A stretch of DNA of 7,000 nt, taken from Marsupella aquatica (taxonomy: Eukaryota; Plantae; Marchantiophyta). Both the position numbers and the translations under genes were made by a program. Below the pieces are notes generated by a model that had not been told where the DNA came from, did not search any database, and was given only the letters and a program-made list of their open reading frames with translations. Below, one piece after another: positions 6,541-7,000 of the stretch. The stretch covers positions 1-7,000 of the forward strand of contig CCZZQB010000051.1 in NCBI GenBank assembly GCA_973895155.1, given 5' to 3'. How positions within the stretch are numbered: the first letter of the stretch is position 1; each line of letters starts with the position of its first letter.

Positions 6541-7000
6541 TCTTTTGTCTTGCCTTTCTCTTTGTTTGAGGCACACTTTTCCTCTTTTTGTCTCCTTACT
6601 TTCACTGGCGATTTATTTTCTAGTTTATTTCACTACTACCAGAAATATTCTCTTCGAATACATCTATACACCTGATCCAACCAATGCATGTCTAGGAGTG
6701 CTGTCCCTTTACTTAAAGTACTCCGCTTGAATTGGCTACTTGCTAGGCTTGAAAATTGGGAAAGTTTTGTACTCTTACTCCTCGGTTGCAGGACTGTTTC
6801 AGGTTCCTCCTTTCTAGGAAATACTTTAAGGTGCTTCCTACATGCATGATTTACATTAAAACCGCCCTACACCAAGCCATGCAGAAGGCCTCCAGGCAGA
6901 GCAAACTACTGATCTAAGATTTTTGCATTTTTTCATCCAAGGGGCGCTTAACAAGTCAGGGGGAGGGGCTGCTTGGGGTATCTCCATCCAAAGCTCAGGG

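Noticed and set aside
41-6848. Excess TGCATG (RBFOX motif), about 11 copies on the + strand
   Set aside because: CATGCA is about equally common (about 10), so there is no strand bias. TG and CA are CpG-decay products, and five copies lie within tandem duplications.
6639-6866. 76-codon stop-free stretch on the minus strand
   Set aside because: Its length is within chance expectation for six frames over 7 kb, it has no early start codon and no recognisable motif.

Overview
This looks like eukaryotic, largely non-coding DNA (intronic or intergenic); I cannot identify the organism. I recognise no protein family, rRNA, tRNA, CRISPR array or intact transposon, and the ORF-track peptides look like chance ORFs. 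The background is strongly CpG-depleted (hand counts: about 21 CpG in 2001-4400 and about 19 in 5021-7000), as expected after CpG methylation and decay. Two CpG-rich blocks stand out: 1-230 (about 17 CpG) and 4421-5020 (about 57 CpG). Several local tandem duplications are present, with units of about 120-139, 15, 78/79, about 100, 49 and 30 bp. The most unusual structure is in the 4421-5020 island. A near-perfect 22-bp palindrome (4786-4807) is flanked by a pyrimidine tract on each strand, giving two overlapping, mirror-image splice-acceptor-like sites. Upstream, a pair of related hairpin modules start exactly 100 bp apart. None of this proves a new biological system; these are candidates to test.
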